Below are positions 40,201 to 48,808 of a stretch of DNA of 64,000 nucleotides, piece by piece. Both the position numbers and the translations under genes were made by a program. Position 1 is the stretch's first letter; each line of letters begins with the position of its first letter. The stretch is taken from NCBI GenBank assembly GCA_938091905.1, contig CALKOM010000001.1:1-64000 (forward strand). The letters run 5' to 3'. Source of the DNA: an uncultured Verrucomicrobiales bacterium. Its GTDB lineage: Bacteria; Verrucomicrobiota; Verrucomicrobiia; Verrucomicrobiales; DEV007. The notes under the pieces are model-generated. The model saw nothing but the letters and a program-made list of their open reading frames with translations, was not told the DNA's origin and ran no database searches.

Positions 40201-42883
40201 GGGCGACGTCATCAAAGTGCAAACCGGTGGTGGGTTCGTCAAAGATGAGGAGCGCGTGTTTGCCCTGGCTTTCCTTGCTCAGCAGATGGCCGACGAGCTT
40301 GAGACGCTGGGCTTCGCCACCAGAGAGGGTGTTCAATGGGCGGCCCATGGGTAGGTAGCCGAGGCCGACATCGATGAGGACTTGCAAGGCGGCGACGATC
40401 TTCTGGGCCATCTTGGCCTCCATGGTCTGGAAGAAGGTGGCGGCTTGATCGACGGTCATTTCTAACACATCGGCCACAGATTGGCCTAACAAGGTGGTCT
40501 TGAGCGCTTCTGGTTGGTAACGACGCCCTTCGCATTCGGGACATTTGACAAAGAGATCGCTGAGAAATTGCATCTCCACCTTCTCATAGCCAGAACCCCA
40601 GCAACGCTCGCACCGACCCGCGCCGGAGTTGAAACTGAAGTAGCCCATGGTGAGCTTCTTGGCCTTGGCTTCCTCGGTCGCGGCGAAGAGCTTCCTAATT
40701 AGGTCAAACACGCCGAGGTAAACGGCGGGTGTCGAACGCGGCGTGCGCGAGAGCGGCGATTGGTCGACCATGATGACTTCATCTAGGCCACCTACAATAC
40801 GGATATTCTTGACGCGGCCGGGTGGGTCATCGGTGGTTTCGCCGAGTTGCCTTACGATATTGCGATAGAGCACATGGTGCACGAGGGTACTCTTTCCCGA
40901 ACCGGAGACGCCGGTGATGGCGCAGAAGACGCCGAGTGGGAAGGTGACACTGACATTCTGCAAATTATGTTGGCGTGCGCCCTGAACGACGATGGCGGCG
41001 CTCTTCTTGACGCGGCGACGTTTCTCCGGCACGGGGATCGTCTTGCGACCGGTGAGGTAGTCGAAGGTGAGCGAGCGTTCTGGCCCATCGGCCTGCGCGG
41101 GGCCGGCATAGACGAGTTCGCCGCCTTGCAGGCCGCGTCCGGGACCGATATCGATGAGGTAATCGGCGGTGCGGATGATGGCTTCCTCGTGTTCCACGAC
41201 GACGAGCGTGTTGCCTTTGTCGCGCAGCCCGCGCATCACGCCGGTGAGCCGACCGATGTCGCGCGGGTGTAGGCCAATGCTAGGTTCGTCGAGAACGAAG
41301 AGGGTATTGACTAACGAGGCACCTAAGCAGGTGGTCAGATTGACACGCTGGAGTTCGCCGCCAGAAAGCGTGCGGGTGGCGCGGTCCAAGGTGAGGTAGT
41401 GCAGGCCGACGTGGCCGAGGTACTGCAGTCGATTGGTGATCTGTTCGTAGAGGAGTTCGGCGCTGGGATCGGTGGCGTTGGGTGGGTGCTCGTTAAAGAA
41501 CCTGGTAATTTCCTCGACGGGCATTTGCCAGAGCTGAGGCAGGGTGTGGCCTTTGTAGCGGAACTGTAGGGCTTCTGGTTGCAATCGATCGCCGCAACAC
41601 GCGCGGCAGGTCGTGTAGGAACGGAAACGACTGAGAAAGACGCGGACGTGCATCTTGTAAATCTTCTTCTCGATCCAATCGAAGAAGCCTTGCACGCCAT
41701 ACCAATCGCCGCGTTGCCAGGCGTCCTCGGGGTCGCCGTGTTTGCCTTGGTCGCCGAAGAGAACCCAGTCTTGGTGTTTCTTGGGCAAGTCTTCGAAGGG
41801 GATCTCGACATCGATCTTGTGTCGTCGCGCTTCGCGGATGAGATCGAGTTGGCACTCTTGATAGTTACTGCCTTTGAACGCGACGATGGCTTCATCTAAC
41901 AAGCTGACGCCAGGATCAGGAATGGCTTTCTCGAGATCGATACCGATGGTGCGCCCGAAACCCTTGCAAGAGGGGCAAGCGCCTAGGGGGTGATTGAAAT
42001 TGAAGAGGCCCGGGGAAGGCGGGCGGATGCTTTCATCGCAGGGGGCGCAGTGCCAGCCGGAAGAGAACGATTGGTTCTGCCGCGGGGCGTCGGCATCTAT
42101 GGCTTGGAGCTTGCCTTTGCCAAAGCGGTTGGCAGCTTCGATGGCTTCTAACAGACGCCCAGATTGGTCTTTGTCGACGCGGAGCCGGTCTTGGATGACA
42201 TCGACGATGGCTGGGAGCGTGCGTTTCTTGTAGGTCTCGGGTTCGTCGGTGCGGTAGTCTTTTCCGAAGAGGCGGACTCTGACATAACCTTGGCCTTGGA
42301 GGAATTCGAAGAAGGGGCCGGGCTTCGTCTTTTCCGGTACGGGCACACCAAAGGTGATGAGAATGCGTTTGCGGTCGAAGCGTCTCTTGATCTGACGTGC
42401 GATGGTGGTGGGATTGTCCGGCTCTACGTTAGCATCACAGCTCGGGCAGTGGGCCTGAGCGACTTTCGGGAAGTAGAGTTTGAGGTAATCATTCACCTCC
42501 GTGATCGAGCCGACGGTGGAACGTGTCGTTTTGACGTTGTTCACCTGCTCGATGGCGATGGCTGGTGGGATGCCTTCGATGCTATCGACCAAGGGTTTGT
42601 CCATGCGGTCGAAGAATTGCCGCGTGTAGGGCGAGAAGGTTTCGACATAGCGTCGCTGGCCTTCAGCATAGATTGTCTGGAAGGCGAGCGAGGATTTGCC
42701 CGAACCACTCGGGCCGGTGATGACCGTGAGTTCGTTGATCGGGATGTCGACATCAACGCCTTGGAGGTTGTTTTGACGCGCGCCGCGAATGCGAATGGCT
42801 GAAAAGTCAGCTTGTTTCTTTTTAGCCTTCTTCTTCGAAGTCACGCGTTTAGGGCGTGCTGGGGGCTTCTTCCTTGGCGGCAT
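37277..42883 (-). CDS. uvrA: Excinuclease ABC subunit A, double-length (two fused UvrA units)
   Basis: 1868 aa; four Walker A (GxSGSGKS) and four LSGGE signatures; Zn-finger CxxC pairs; two GAR(Q/E)NNL unit starts. Confidence 0.96.
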   Translation of the reverse strand: MPPRKKPPARPKRVTSKKKAKKKQADFSAIRIRGARQNNLQGVDVDIPINELTVITGPSGSGKSSLAFQTIYAEGQRRYVETFSPYTRQFFDRMDKPLVDSIEGIPPAIAIEQVNNVKTTRSTVGSITEVNDYLKLYFPKVAQAHCPSCDANVEPDNPTTIARQIKRRFDRKRILITFGVPVPEKTKPGPFFEFLQGQGYVRVRLFGKDYRTDEPETYKKRTLPAIVDVIQDRLRVDKDQSGRLLEAIEAANRFGKGKLQAIDADAPRQNQSFSSGWHCAPCDESIRPPSPGLFNFNHPLGACPSCKGFGRTIGIDLEKAIPDPGVSLLDEAIVAFKGSNYQECQLDLIREARRHKIDVEIPFEDLPKKHQDWVLFGDQGKHGDPEDAWQRGDWYGVQGFFDWIEKKIYKMHVRVFLSRFRSYTTCRACCGDRLQPEALQFRYKGHTLPQLWQMPVEEITRFFNEHPPNATDPSAELLYEQITNRLQYLGHVGLHYLTLDRATRTLSGGELQRVNLTTCLGASLVNTLFVLDEPSIGLHPRDIGRLTGVMRGLRDKGNTLVVVEHEEAIIRTADYLIDIGPGRGLQGGELVYAGPAQADGPERSLTFDYLTGRKTIPVPEKRRRVKKSAAIVVQGARQHNLQNVSVTFPLGVFCAITGVSGSGKSTLVHHVLYRNIVRQLGETTDDPPGRVKNIRIVGGLDEVIMVDQSPLSRTPRSTPAVYLGVFDLIRKLFAATEEAKAKKLTMGYFSFNSGAGRCERCWGSGYEKVEMQFLSDLFVKCPECEGRRYQPEALKTTLLGQSVADVLEMTVDQAATFFQTMEAKMAQKIVAALQVLIDVGLGYLPMGRPLNTLSGGEAQRLKLVGHLLSKESQGKHALLIFDEPTTGLHFDDVARLLQVMQRLVDAGHSIMVIEHHMDVIKCADHVIDLGPEAGKHGGVLVAEGTPEEVARVTASHTGRYLAKEFGSDRVAEEAVAYQVVSRAAKPKDDKICIHGARENNLKNLQLELPRNQLVVITGLSGSGKSTLAFDILFAEGQRRFLDSMSPYARQFTQQMEKAEVDLIEGLPPTVAIEQRISRGGGKSTVATVTEIYHFLRLLYSKVGVQQCPECEVPVEKQSGSAIATTVVNAAKKDNVRLLAPVIKARKGFHKEVAEWAGKHGYDTLLVDGEYKAVEGFQKLARFKEHTIDVVIADLDKKTVAELGGEELRAKIDTALNIGKGTAKLALAKGKFQVLSSEMTCPECSCAFEELDPRLFSYNSPHGWCRTCRGYGQVEKRTAFHGPEHGESVLEAELQEEMRRARASKEDMMPCPDCEGTRLNPIARNVLVQGTPIEDITEAAVQDAAKALGHLCFKGRDAIVAKDVLREVIQRLLFLDQVGLGYLGLNRSATTLSGGEAQRIRLASQLGSNLRGVLYVLDEPTIGLHQRDNVKLLDTLENLRDQGNSLVVVEHDDETMRRSNQIIDLGPGAGKFGGEVIAQGALAEVKKLKHSVTGQALRDPMTHPSREKRRPIPAKGKAGEWITVKGAETNNLHGIDIAIPLGRLVCMSGVSGSGKSSFMRGVLRPAVESKIEKKGNAKKTSTAPKTWKSVTGVNGIAAVYEVDQSPIGKTSRSTPATYVKVFDEIRKLFSGVPTARMRGYTASRFSFNTKQGRCESCEGHGQIKMEMTFLPTSYVRCEDCQGLRYNAATLEVLYHEKNIGEVMQMTIDDAEAFFATNPKIHRSLKLLKETGTGYLQLGQPSPTLSGGEAQRIKLVTQLTKGVARSENAKLKQVGGSRKTNLYLIEEPSIGLHLQDVRKLVDVLHQLVDDGHTVVVIEHNMDILAEADYLIDMGPEAGADGGTIVAQGTPEQVAKSKTSRSAPYLEEVLV

Positions 42884-43012
42884 CTCCTAAGAAACGATCA
42901 TCATCGCCCTATGGGGGCAATTGCTATCGTACGATTCTACTTGGCTGGGAAGTTAGATTCAGGAAGTCAGGCGTTGAAGTCTGTTGGAGCTATCCAAGAT
43001 TGGCGTATCGCA

Positions 43013-43759
43013 ATGCATGGAAAGAGGATGTCGTGGTGGCTGTGGCCGAATGTGCTCAGCTTGGATGCGCCAATCGTCGCCCTGGTTTGGCATCTGGCGT
43101 TCGCCCGGACGTATGAGGTGCCAGTGGGTGAGGTTGAGGCGGCTTTGCTAGGGTTGGCGGTTTGGGTGATCTATGTGGCGGATCGCTTGCTCGATACCGC
43201 CCGGGCGAATGACTCAGAGGAAACGGCGCGCCACGCCTTTCATGGGCGGCATCGGCCTGCCTTTCTAGTGGGGATACTCGTGGCCTTGGTGGTTGCTGCC
43301 GTTTTGGCGATTCAATTGGAACGGCTGCTGCTGATCTTTGGAGCGCTGATGACCAGCCTAAGCGTGGTGTATGGGTGGCTGGTGCATCGACGGGTGGTAC
43401 GTGTCCCGAAAGAAGCCTTGTGTGGTGCGGTATTCAGTGTGGGTGTGCTGGGATCATTGTTTGTCGATCCTGTGCCTTGGGTATCGATGGCGCTCTTTGC
43501 CGCGGTCTGTACAGCGAATTGTGTGGTGATTTCCTTCGTCGAGGGAGAGATTTCGGAAAGTTGTCGGCGTTGGCTTGGATTGGTCTTGTTAGTTTTGGCA
43601 ACGATGAGTGTCATGTTTGGCGGTGTGATTCATTTAGCGATGGCGACTTCGTTCCTAGGACTCCTGGTGCTTCATGTGGCTCGGCTGCCCAAGGAAGCCA
43701 CACGGGTCTTGGCGGATGTGGTGTTGCTAACGCCTTTGTTGGCTTGGTCTTGGTTATGA
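43013..43759 (+). CDS. Integral membrane protein, UbiA-prenyltransferase-like
   Basis: LSLDAPIVALVW; WVIYVADRLLD Asp motif; about 8 TM; start moved to 43013 to avoid overlap with uvrA. Confidence 0.65.
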   Translation: MHGKRMSWWLWPNVLSLDAPIVALVWHLAFARTYEVPVGEVEAALLGLAVWVIYVADRLLDTARANDSEETARHAFHGRHRPAFLVGILVALVVAAVLAIQLERLLLIFGALMTSLSVVYGWLVHRRVVRVPKEALCGAVFSVGVLGSLFVDPVPWVSMALFAAVCTANCVVISFVEGEISESCRRWLGLVLLVLATMSVMFGGVIHLAMATSFLGLLVLHVARLPKEATRVLADVVLLTPLLAWSWL

Positions 43760-44370
43760 GCTATGACGTCCTTGCCCCTTTCTACGCTACGCTGGAGAGG
43801 CTGACCTTTGGGCGTGCTTTGCAACGGGCGCGTTGTGCTCCATTGCAGACGAACGTAGCTCCCTCTACCGTGTTGGTGCTTGGTGATGGTGATGGTCGGT
43901 TTCTTGAACTAGCGGTGGGGGCGTGGCCAGGAGCGACCTTTGTGGTGGTGGATCAAAGTGCTGCCATGCTGGCATTGGCCAAGAAGCGCGCTGAGGGATG
44001 CTGCATGCGTTTCGTGCAGGCCGATGTGCGCGACGGTTTAAGAGCTTTAGGTGATCACTGCTTTGATGTGGTGGTGAGTCATTTCTTCATGGATTGTTTT
44101 ACCGAGTCGACGCTAAAGCGTTTGGTGTCGGAGGTGGCTGATCAGATGAGCCCGGAAGGATGCTGGTTTGTTAGCGAATTTGCTGCAAAGGCTTGGTGGC
44201 ATCGGTTCTTGCTTAGGCTGATGTATCATTTCTTCCACAACCTGACAGAAACGGAGGCAGGGAGCTTTCCGAAATACGGCGAGGTGCTGTCGCGGGCGGG
44301 ATTCTCTGCCGAGCGTTTGGGCATGTGGCGAGCGGGCTTTGTGGTGGCGGATGTTTGGCATCGAGAGTAA
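43756..44370 (+). CDS. Class I SAM-dependent methyltransferase
   Basis: ATG overlapping the previous stop (ATGA); VLVLGDGDGRF, VDQSAAML, FDVVVSHFFMDCF. Confidence 0.88.
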   Translation: MSYDVLAPFYATLERLTFGRALQRARCAPLQTNVAPSTVLVLGDGDGRFLELAVGAWPGATFVVVDQSAAMLALAKKRAEGCCMRFVQADVRDGLRALGDHCFDVVVSHFFMDCFTESTLKRLVSEVADQMSPEGCWFVSEFAAKAWWHRFLLRLMYHFFHNLTETEAGSFPKYGEVLSRAGFSAERLGMWRAGFVVADVWHRE

Positions 44371-44451
44371 AGCTTAATCTAAGGAAGGTTTTACAACACT
44401 TTGAGCTTGATGAGCTATCTTTGCAGCGGTACATTCGCTATCTAGTTAGCT

Positions 44452-45006
44452 ATGAAAACGAATCTATCCCGGAGGGTTGGAAGAGCGTTCACGCTCTTGG
44501 AGCTGCTTGTTGTCATGAGCATTATCGCCATCCTAGCTGCGGCTGGCCTGAAGGGCATGGGGGCTGCCAAGGAGTTCGCCCGACGAGCGCACGCGCACAC
44601 GGATTGCCTAAATCTCCAGGCTGCCCTGGATGACTATTTGTTGGATCATTCCTCGTTTCCGTCGGCCTGGTCTGGCCTTCTGGAGACGGAAGGGGACTTT
44701 CTCAACACGCTGATGGGCGAGAAGAATGAGCACAACCGTGCCTCCACGACCTACTTCAACACGCGTCAGGTGAACAATCATCCGAAGGCTCATGGGTATA
44801 TCGTGATCCTGAATCAGTTCAATGATCCCTGGGGCAAGCCTTACCAGATTCGGGTTGATCAGGCATTCGAAGGAGCGGTTCCTTTGCCCAGAGCCTATCA
44901 TGGTCACCTAGGCAGCGAGTTGCTAGGCATGGAGGTGTTCGTTCATTCGGCTGGGCGCGATGGCGATTTCTCGACAATCAAAGATAACATCACGAGTGTC
45001 GACTAG
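44452..45006 (+). CDS. Prepilin-type N-terminal cleavage/methylation protein (GspG-like pseudopilin)
   Basis: RRVGRA|FTLLELLVVMSIIAILAA; DPWGKPY; SAGRDG..DNI. Confidence 0.9.
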   Translation: MKTNLSRRVGRAFTLLELLVVMSIIAILAAAGLKGMGAAKEFARRAHAHTDCLNLQAALDDYLLDHSSFPSAWSGLLETEGDFLNTLMGEKNEHNRASTTYFNTRQVNNHPKAHGYIVILNQFNDPWGKPYQIRVDQAFEGAVPLPRAYHGHLGSELLGMEVFVHSAGRDGDFSTIKDNITSVD

Positions 45007-45033
45007 AGGGCGATTGGAGTGTTGCCACGATTG

Positions 45034-45062
45034 CGGAATCCTCACATGGTGGGAGGATTCCG
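45034..45062 (+). promoter_or_regulatory. 10-bp perfect hairpin occluding the Shine-Dalgarno of the DUF819 gene
   Basis: CGGAATCCTC (45034-45043) pairs with GAGGATTCCG (45053-45062); GGAGG at 45052-45056; ATG at 45066. Confidence 0.55.
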
Positions 45063-45065
45063 GCC

Positions 45066-46301
45066 ATGCCTTACTTTACAAATGATGCCATCGTCCTTGG
45101 TTGGTTGCTTCTTTGTCTAACAGGCGTCTTTGTCACTTCGTCGAGTATGCATCAGTTCTGGCGACGGTTCTACAGTATCTTTCCGCCTCTGCTAGTATGT
45201 TACTTTCTCCCGGCCTTGCTTCACTGGCCACTGGGCCTGGTTTCGGGTGACCAGTCGCAGCTCTACTTTGTGGCCTCGCGCTACCTCTTGCCGGCAAGTT
45301 TAGTTTTGCTCTGTCTGAGTGTGAACTTTCGAGGTCTTGTTAGGTTGGGACCCAAGGCGGTCATCATGTTTCTAACGGCGACCGCTGGAATCATCTTGGG
45401 CGGGCCTATTGCTCTGATGCTGATTAGTAGCATCGCCCCCGATTGGTTGGGTGCGAACCCGACGGAAGTGTGGCGTGGCCTGTCGACCGTGGCGGGGAGT
45501 TGGATTGGTGGGGGTGCGAATCAGACGGCGATGAAGGAGATATACGGCGTGGGCGATTCGCTCTTCGCGACGATGATCATCATTGATGTGGTGGTAGCGA
45601 ATATGTGGATGGCCTTTCTGCTTATGGGTGCGAAACACCAGCGGAAAGTAGATCGGTGGATGAAGGCCGATAGTTCTGCCATTGAGGAACTCAAGACGAA
45701 GGCTGCTGCGTTTCAGGCTCGCGTCAGTCGGATTCCTGAGGCCAAGGACTTGCTCATCTTGCTGACGGTGGCGTTTGTGGCGACGGGCCTTGCGCACTGG
45801 GGTGGCAGCAATTTAGCGGCTTGGTTCCAGGTTAATACGCCTGGGAGCAACTCCTTTCAATCGAGCTTCTTCTGGCTCATTGTCATCGCGACAGCCATTG
45901 GACTAGCGCTGTCCTTTACGCCAATGCGCTCACTCGAAGGCGTGGGCGCTTCGAAGATTGCCTCGATCTTCATCTACATCCTCGTGGCGGCGATTGGAAT
46001 GAAGATGAATTTGAGTGAAGTCGCAAATAACCTTGGCCTCTTTGCGGTGGGGCTTGTTTGGATGCTGGTCCATGTCGTGCTCCTGCTAGCTGTGGCAAAG
46101 ATTACACGGTCACCCTTCTTCTTTGTTGCGGTCGGTAGCCAGGCAAATGTTGGCGGGGCGGCGTCGGCACCCGTGGTGGCCTCCGCGTTTCATCCAGCAC
46201 TGGCGCCTGTGGGTGGCATCATGGCGGTGTGGGGCTATGTGTTAGGAACCTATGGCGCTCTCTTCTGCGCCTATCTCATGCGTGTCGTTACAGGGTCATA
46301 G
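45066..46301 (+). CDS. DUF819-family membrane protein (putative transporter)
   Basis: SRYLLPASLVLL, GSWIGGGANQ, SQANVGGAASAPVVA motifs; about 12 TM. Confidence 0.9.
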   Translation: MPYFTNDAIVLGWLLLCLTGVFVTSSSMHQFWRRFYSIFPPLLVCYFLPALLHWPLGLVSGDQSQLYFVASRYLLPASLVLLCLSVNFRGLVRLGPKAVIMFLTATAGIILGGPIALMLISSIAPDWLGANPTEVWRGLSTVAGSWIGGGANQTAMKEIYGVGDSLFATMIIIDVVVANMWMAFLLMGAKHQRKVDRWMKADSSAIEELKTKAAAFQARVSRIPEAKDLLILLTVAFVATGLAHWGGSNLAAWFQVNTPGSNSFQSSFFWLIVIATAIGLALSFTPMRSLEGVGASKIASIFIYILVAAIGMKMNLSEVANNLGLFAVGLVWMLVHVVLLLAVAKITRSPFFFVAVGSQANVGGAASAPVVASAFHPALAPVGGIMAVWGYVLGTYGALFCAYLMRVVTGS

Positions 46302-46309
46302 TGGAGATG

Positions 46310-47002
46310 TTAGCCTTTGAAATGTTTCAAGAGGTCGGGATCCTCGGCCAAGTCCTTGAGAACGCCGTTGGAGGCGTAGTGATCAAGGAGATAGCCTCCG
46401 GTGTAGACCTGTACGAGGAAACCCGTGATCTTCATGCTGCTTTCCCAGGCCTTGCCATTGCTGAGCTTGGAGGCACGAACTTCGTGCGTAAGAAACTTCA
46501 GTCCCTTGAGGGCCTTGACATTTACCCTCGTCATCTTGGGCTCGAGGGGAAGGAGGTCGGTTGGCTTGGAGGCGAGGATCTTGCTGCTCTTAGGTGGTGA
46601 GGTGTAGAAGACCCAGAGGACTTCGAGTTCCAAGTCTTCCTTGTGCCGATTGGACAAGGTGATTTCTGCACCGAGTCGCCGGGTCTCGCTGCTATCTGAC
46701 CGCACGGCTCTGACGCTGACCTTAGGCAGGTTCCCTTTGGCTAACTTGGTGTTGTTTTCCAAGTCTGGAAAATCCATGACGTAGTTTTGATCTATAGGCG
46801 AGAGTTTGGCTCTCTTGATGGACTTTATTTTTCCTGCCACATCTCTGATTTTCACGTCTATCTTTGTGTAGGCAACGAGTGTGCCTTCTAGTTCATGACC
46901 AGTCGTTGCCGTCCAGGTGCGGGTTTCCTGTGCGAGGAGAAGCGACGGAAGCGTGCTCAACAAGAAGGCTGTGATTCCTAACAAACTGCGTAGAATGTCC
47001 AT
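46310..47002 (-). CDS. Secreted protein with N-terminal SHD1-like domain
   Basis: Signal peptide then ETRTWTATTGHELEGTL...KLSPIDQNYV. Confidence 0.75.
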   Translation of the reverse strand: MDILRSLLGITAFLLSTLPSLLLAQETRTWTATTGHELEGTLVAYTKIDVKIRDVAGKIKSIKRAKLSPIDQNYVMDFPDLENNTKLAKGNLPKVSVRAVRSDSSETRRLGAEITLSNRHKEDLELEVLWVFYTSPPKSSKILASKPTDLLPLEPKMTRVNVKALKGLKFLTHEVRASKLSNGKAWESSMKITGFLVQVYTGGYLLDHYASNGVLKDLAEDPDLLKHFKG

Positions 47003-47236
47003 GAGGAGAGGAATGTCTGCGTGGGCTGGTGAGCTAGCAAGGAAATAGAACAACTCGGTGCTCTACTTCTTCAAGAGATTGGGACTCTCATGCCGACTTT
47101 GCTACGGATGCCGTAGCCCTTGCGCGGGCTTCGTCAATTTTTGAAGGTGAGCCCATCCACAGAAGAGATTGGCTTCCTTCGGAACACGGGCATGGCAGTT
47201 GAGAGGTTCACCCTAGAGTATTGCCGATCGACAGCT

Positions 47237-47689
47237 TTAGACATTGTCAGGCAAATGGCCACTGAGCGTGACCTGAGCGGTCACAAGTTGACGCGTGTCG
47301 CAGGTGACCTCGCCTTCAATCTGGATGAGGTTTCCCAAGCGTCCGGCAACACGGACACTGATGTCGAGGCGTTCGCTGGGGACAGCCGTTCCCATGACTT
47401 TCACATTCCTCATGGCGGTTAGTCGAACATCGTCCAGCGTCGGTTGACTTGGATCAGACTGGGCGACGACTCCCCCGAGTTGTGCGAGCGCTTCCACCAT
47501 GATGACGGCAGGGAGCATGGGGCGACCTGGAAAATGGCCACGGAGGAATTCTGCATCTTCTCGAACGGTGTAGTGAGCGATGCCGCTCAGACCCGGGTCC
47601 AAGGCGCTGAGTTCGTCCACGAACCGAAATTCGTCACCGTGCGGGAGGCTCTTGAGCGATTGAAGAAGGGCGTCTTGAGTGGCAGCCAT
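47237..47689 (-). CDS. fabZ: 3-hydroxyacyl-ACP dehydratase, FabZ/FabA hot-dog family
   Basis: LPHGDEFRFVD, FLRGHFPGRPMLPAVIMVEALAQ. Confidence 0.85.
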   Translation of the reverse strand: MAATQDALLQSLKSLPHGDEFRFVDELSALDPGLSGIAHYTVREDAEFLRGHFPGRPMLPAVIMVEALAQLGGVVAQSDPSQPTLDDVRLTAMRNVKVMGTAVPSERLDISVRVAGRLGNLIQIEGEVTCDTRQLVTAQVTLSGHLPDNV

Positions 47690-47728
47690 TTTAAACCCTC
47701 TATGGGGAGGGAGCCGACGCAAGTCCTA

Positions 47729-48760
47729 TCAGGGAACCTTCTTTGGGACTTTCCCTGAAGACAGTGTTAACGTGCTCTTGAAAGGAGCCGTCTCGCCTTC
47801 TGCTGTTCCAGGAAGACCAAGACTATGCAGCGTGCCGTCCAATCTGACAACGGAGCTGACGATTTGTCTCTGCTCGAGATCCACCAAGGTCAGACCGCGT
47901 ATCTTGGACAGCTTGATGGCGAGGCCTGGGCTGTCTTCGACTGTTTCATCCTCATGGAGTGTCATTTCCAGATGACCCTTCAGTTTCACCAAAGCAAGTC
48001 GCTTACCATTGTGCACCTTAAAGCCCGAGAAGTTTCCTGTCATGTCCCAGCTTGCTTGGCCATGGGTAGGAATGAGCATGGTGTCAACGATATTCCATTT
48101 GCTTCCCGTGGGAACAGGTTCGGGCGGAAAGCCTTGGTGGAGCAAGGTTTGTGTTAGTTTGTCTAAGGGGAGTCGTGCTAACGCTGTTTCGGTCTTCGTC
48201 GGAATCTGTTTGACTTTGCCGGTATCCTTCTTGAGTAAGCGCACTCGATGCCTGCCATCTTTTGTTCTCGTCAATTGGTAGCGATGACGCACCAATTGTT
48301 CTGTGTGTTGCAACAGGGTGCCTTGAATGCCCTGACGATCTTGAAATCTTAGTGGAATGATAGGATCAAAGTAGTAGCGGCTGCGATCCCCGCCCACCTT
48401 GAGATCCAAACGGACCTGATCGCTACAAATTTCCCAGCCCAGGTCCCCAGCGGGGATGAGGTGAAAATGTTGGCGCCATTCAAGCGTTTGTTTCCCGAGG
48501 CCTGCCACCGTGGCGACTGCTTCAAAGCGTTGAGTCCAATGATAGCATTCTCCGTCTTTCCAGTCGGGCCTCAAGAAGTAAGTAGGTTCTTCCTCTACCA
48601 CCACTGGAGCAGAGATAATCTCCTCTTGGGCGCATATGGACAGCGCCCAAGCCAGGTAGCCAAAGCAGCCAGTGAGAAAGGGGCTAGGAACGGTCATTAC
48701 GAACGACGCCGAGGTTCCCATAGGGGGAGCACTGCAACAAGGCAATTCGGTAAGAGACAT
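47729..48760 (-). CDS. Hypothetical secreted beta-rich protein (DUF6263-like)
   Basis: 343-aa ORF; FPPEPVPTGSKW motif; signal-like N-terminus; true start uncertain. Confidence 0.6.
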   Translation of the reverse strand: MSLTELPCCSAPPMGTSASFVMTVPSPFLTGCFGYLAWALSICAQEEIISAPVVVEEEPTYFLRPDWKDGECYHWTQRFEAVATVAGLGKQTLEWRQHFHLIPAGDLGWEICSDQVRLDLKVGGDRSRYYFDPIIPLRFQDRQGIQGTLLQHTEQLVRHRYQLTRTKDGRHRVRLLKKDTGKVKQIPTKTETALARLPLDKLTQTLLHQGFPPEPVPTGSKWNIVDTMLIPTHGQASWDMTGNFSGFKVHNGKRLALVKLKGHLEMTLHEDETVEDSPGLAIKLSKIRGLTLVDLEQRQIVSSVVRLDGTLHSLGLPGTAEGETAPFKSTLTLSSGKVPKKVP

Positions 48761-48808
48761 GTGTTTCTAGGCTGGCAAATCCATACGAGTGTGGGACGGT
48801 GATCTTTC

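Noticed and set aside
37407..42802. Many alternative-frame and antisense ORFs inside uvrA and other long genes
   Set aside because: Shadow ORFs expected from GC-rich codon bias; no recognisable motifs
42884..43012. LexA/SOS box upstream of uvrA
   Set aside because: No TGTTC-N4-GAACA-like or CTGT-N8-ACAG palindrome is visible
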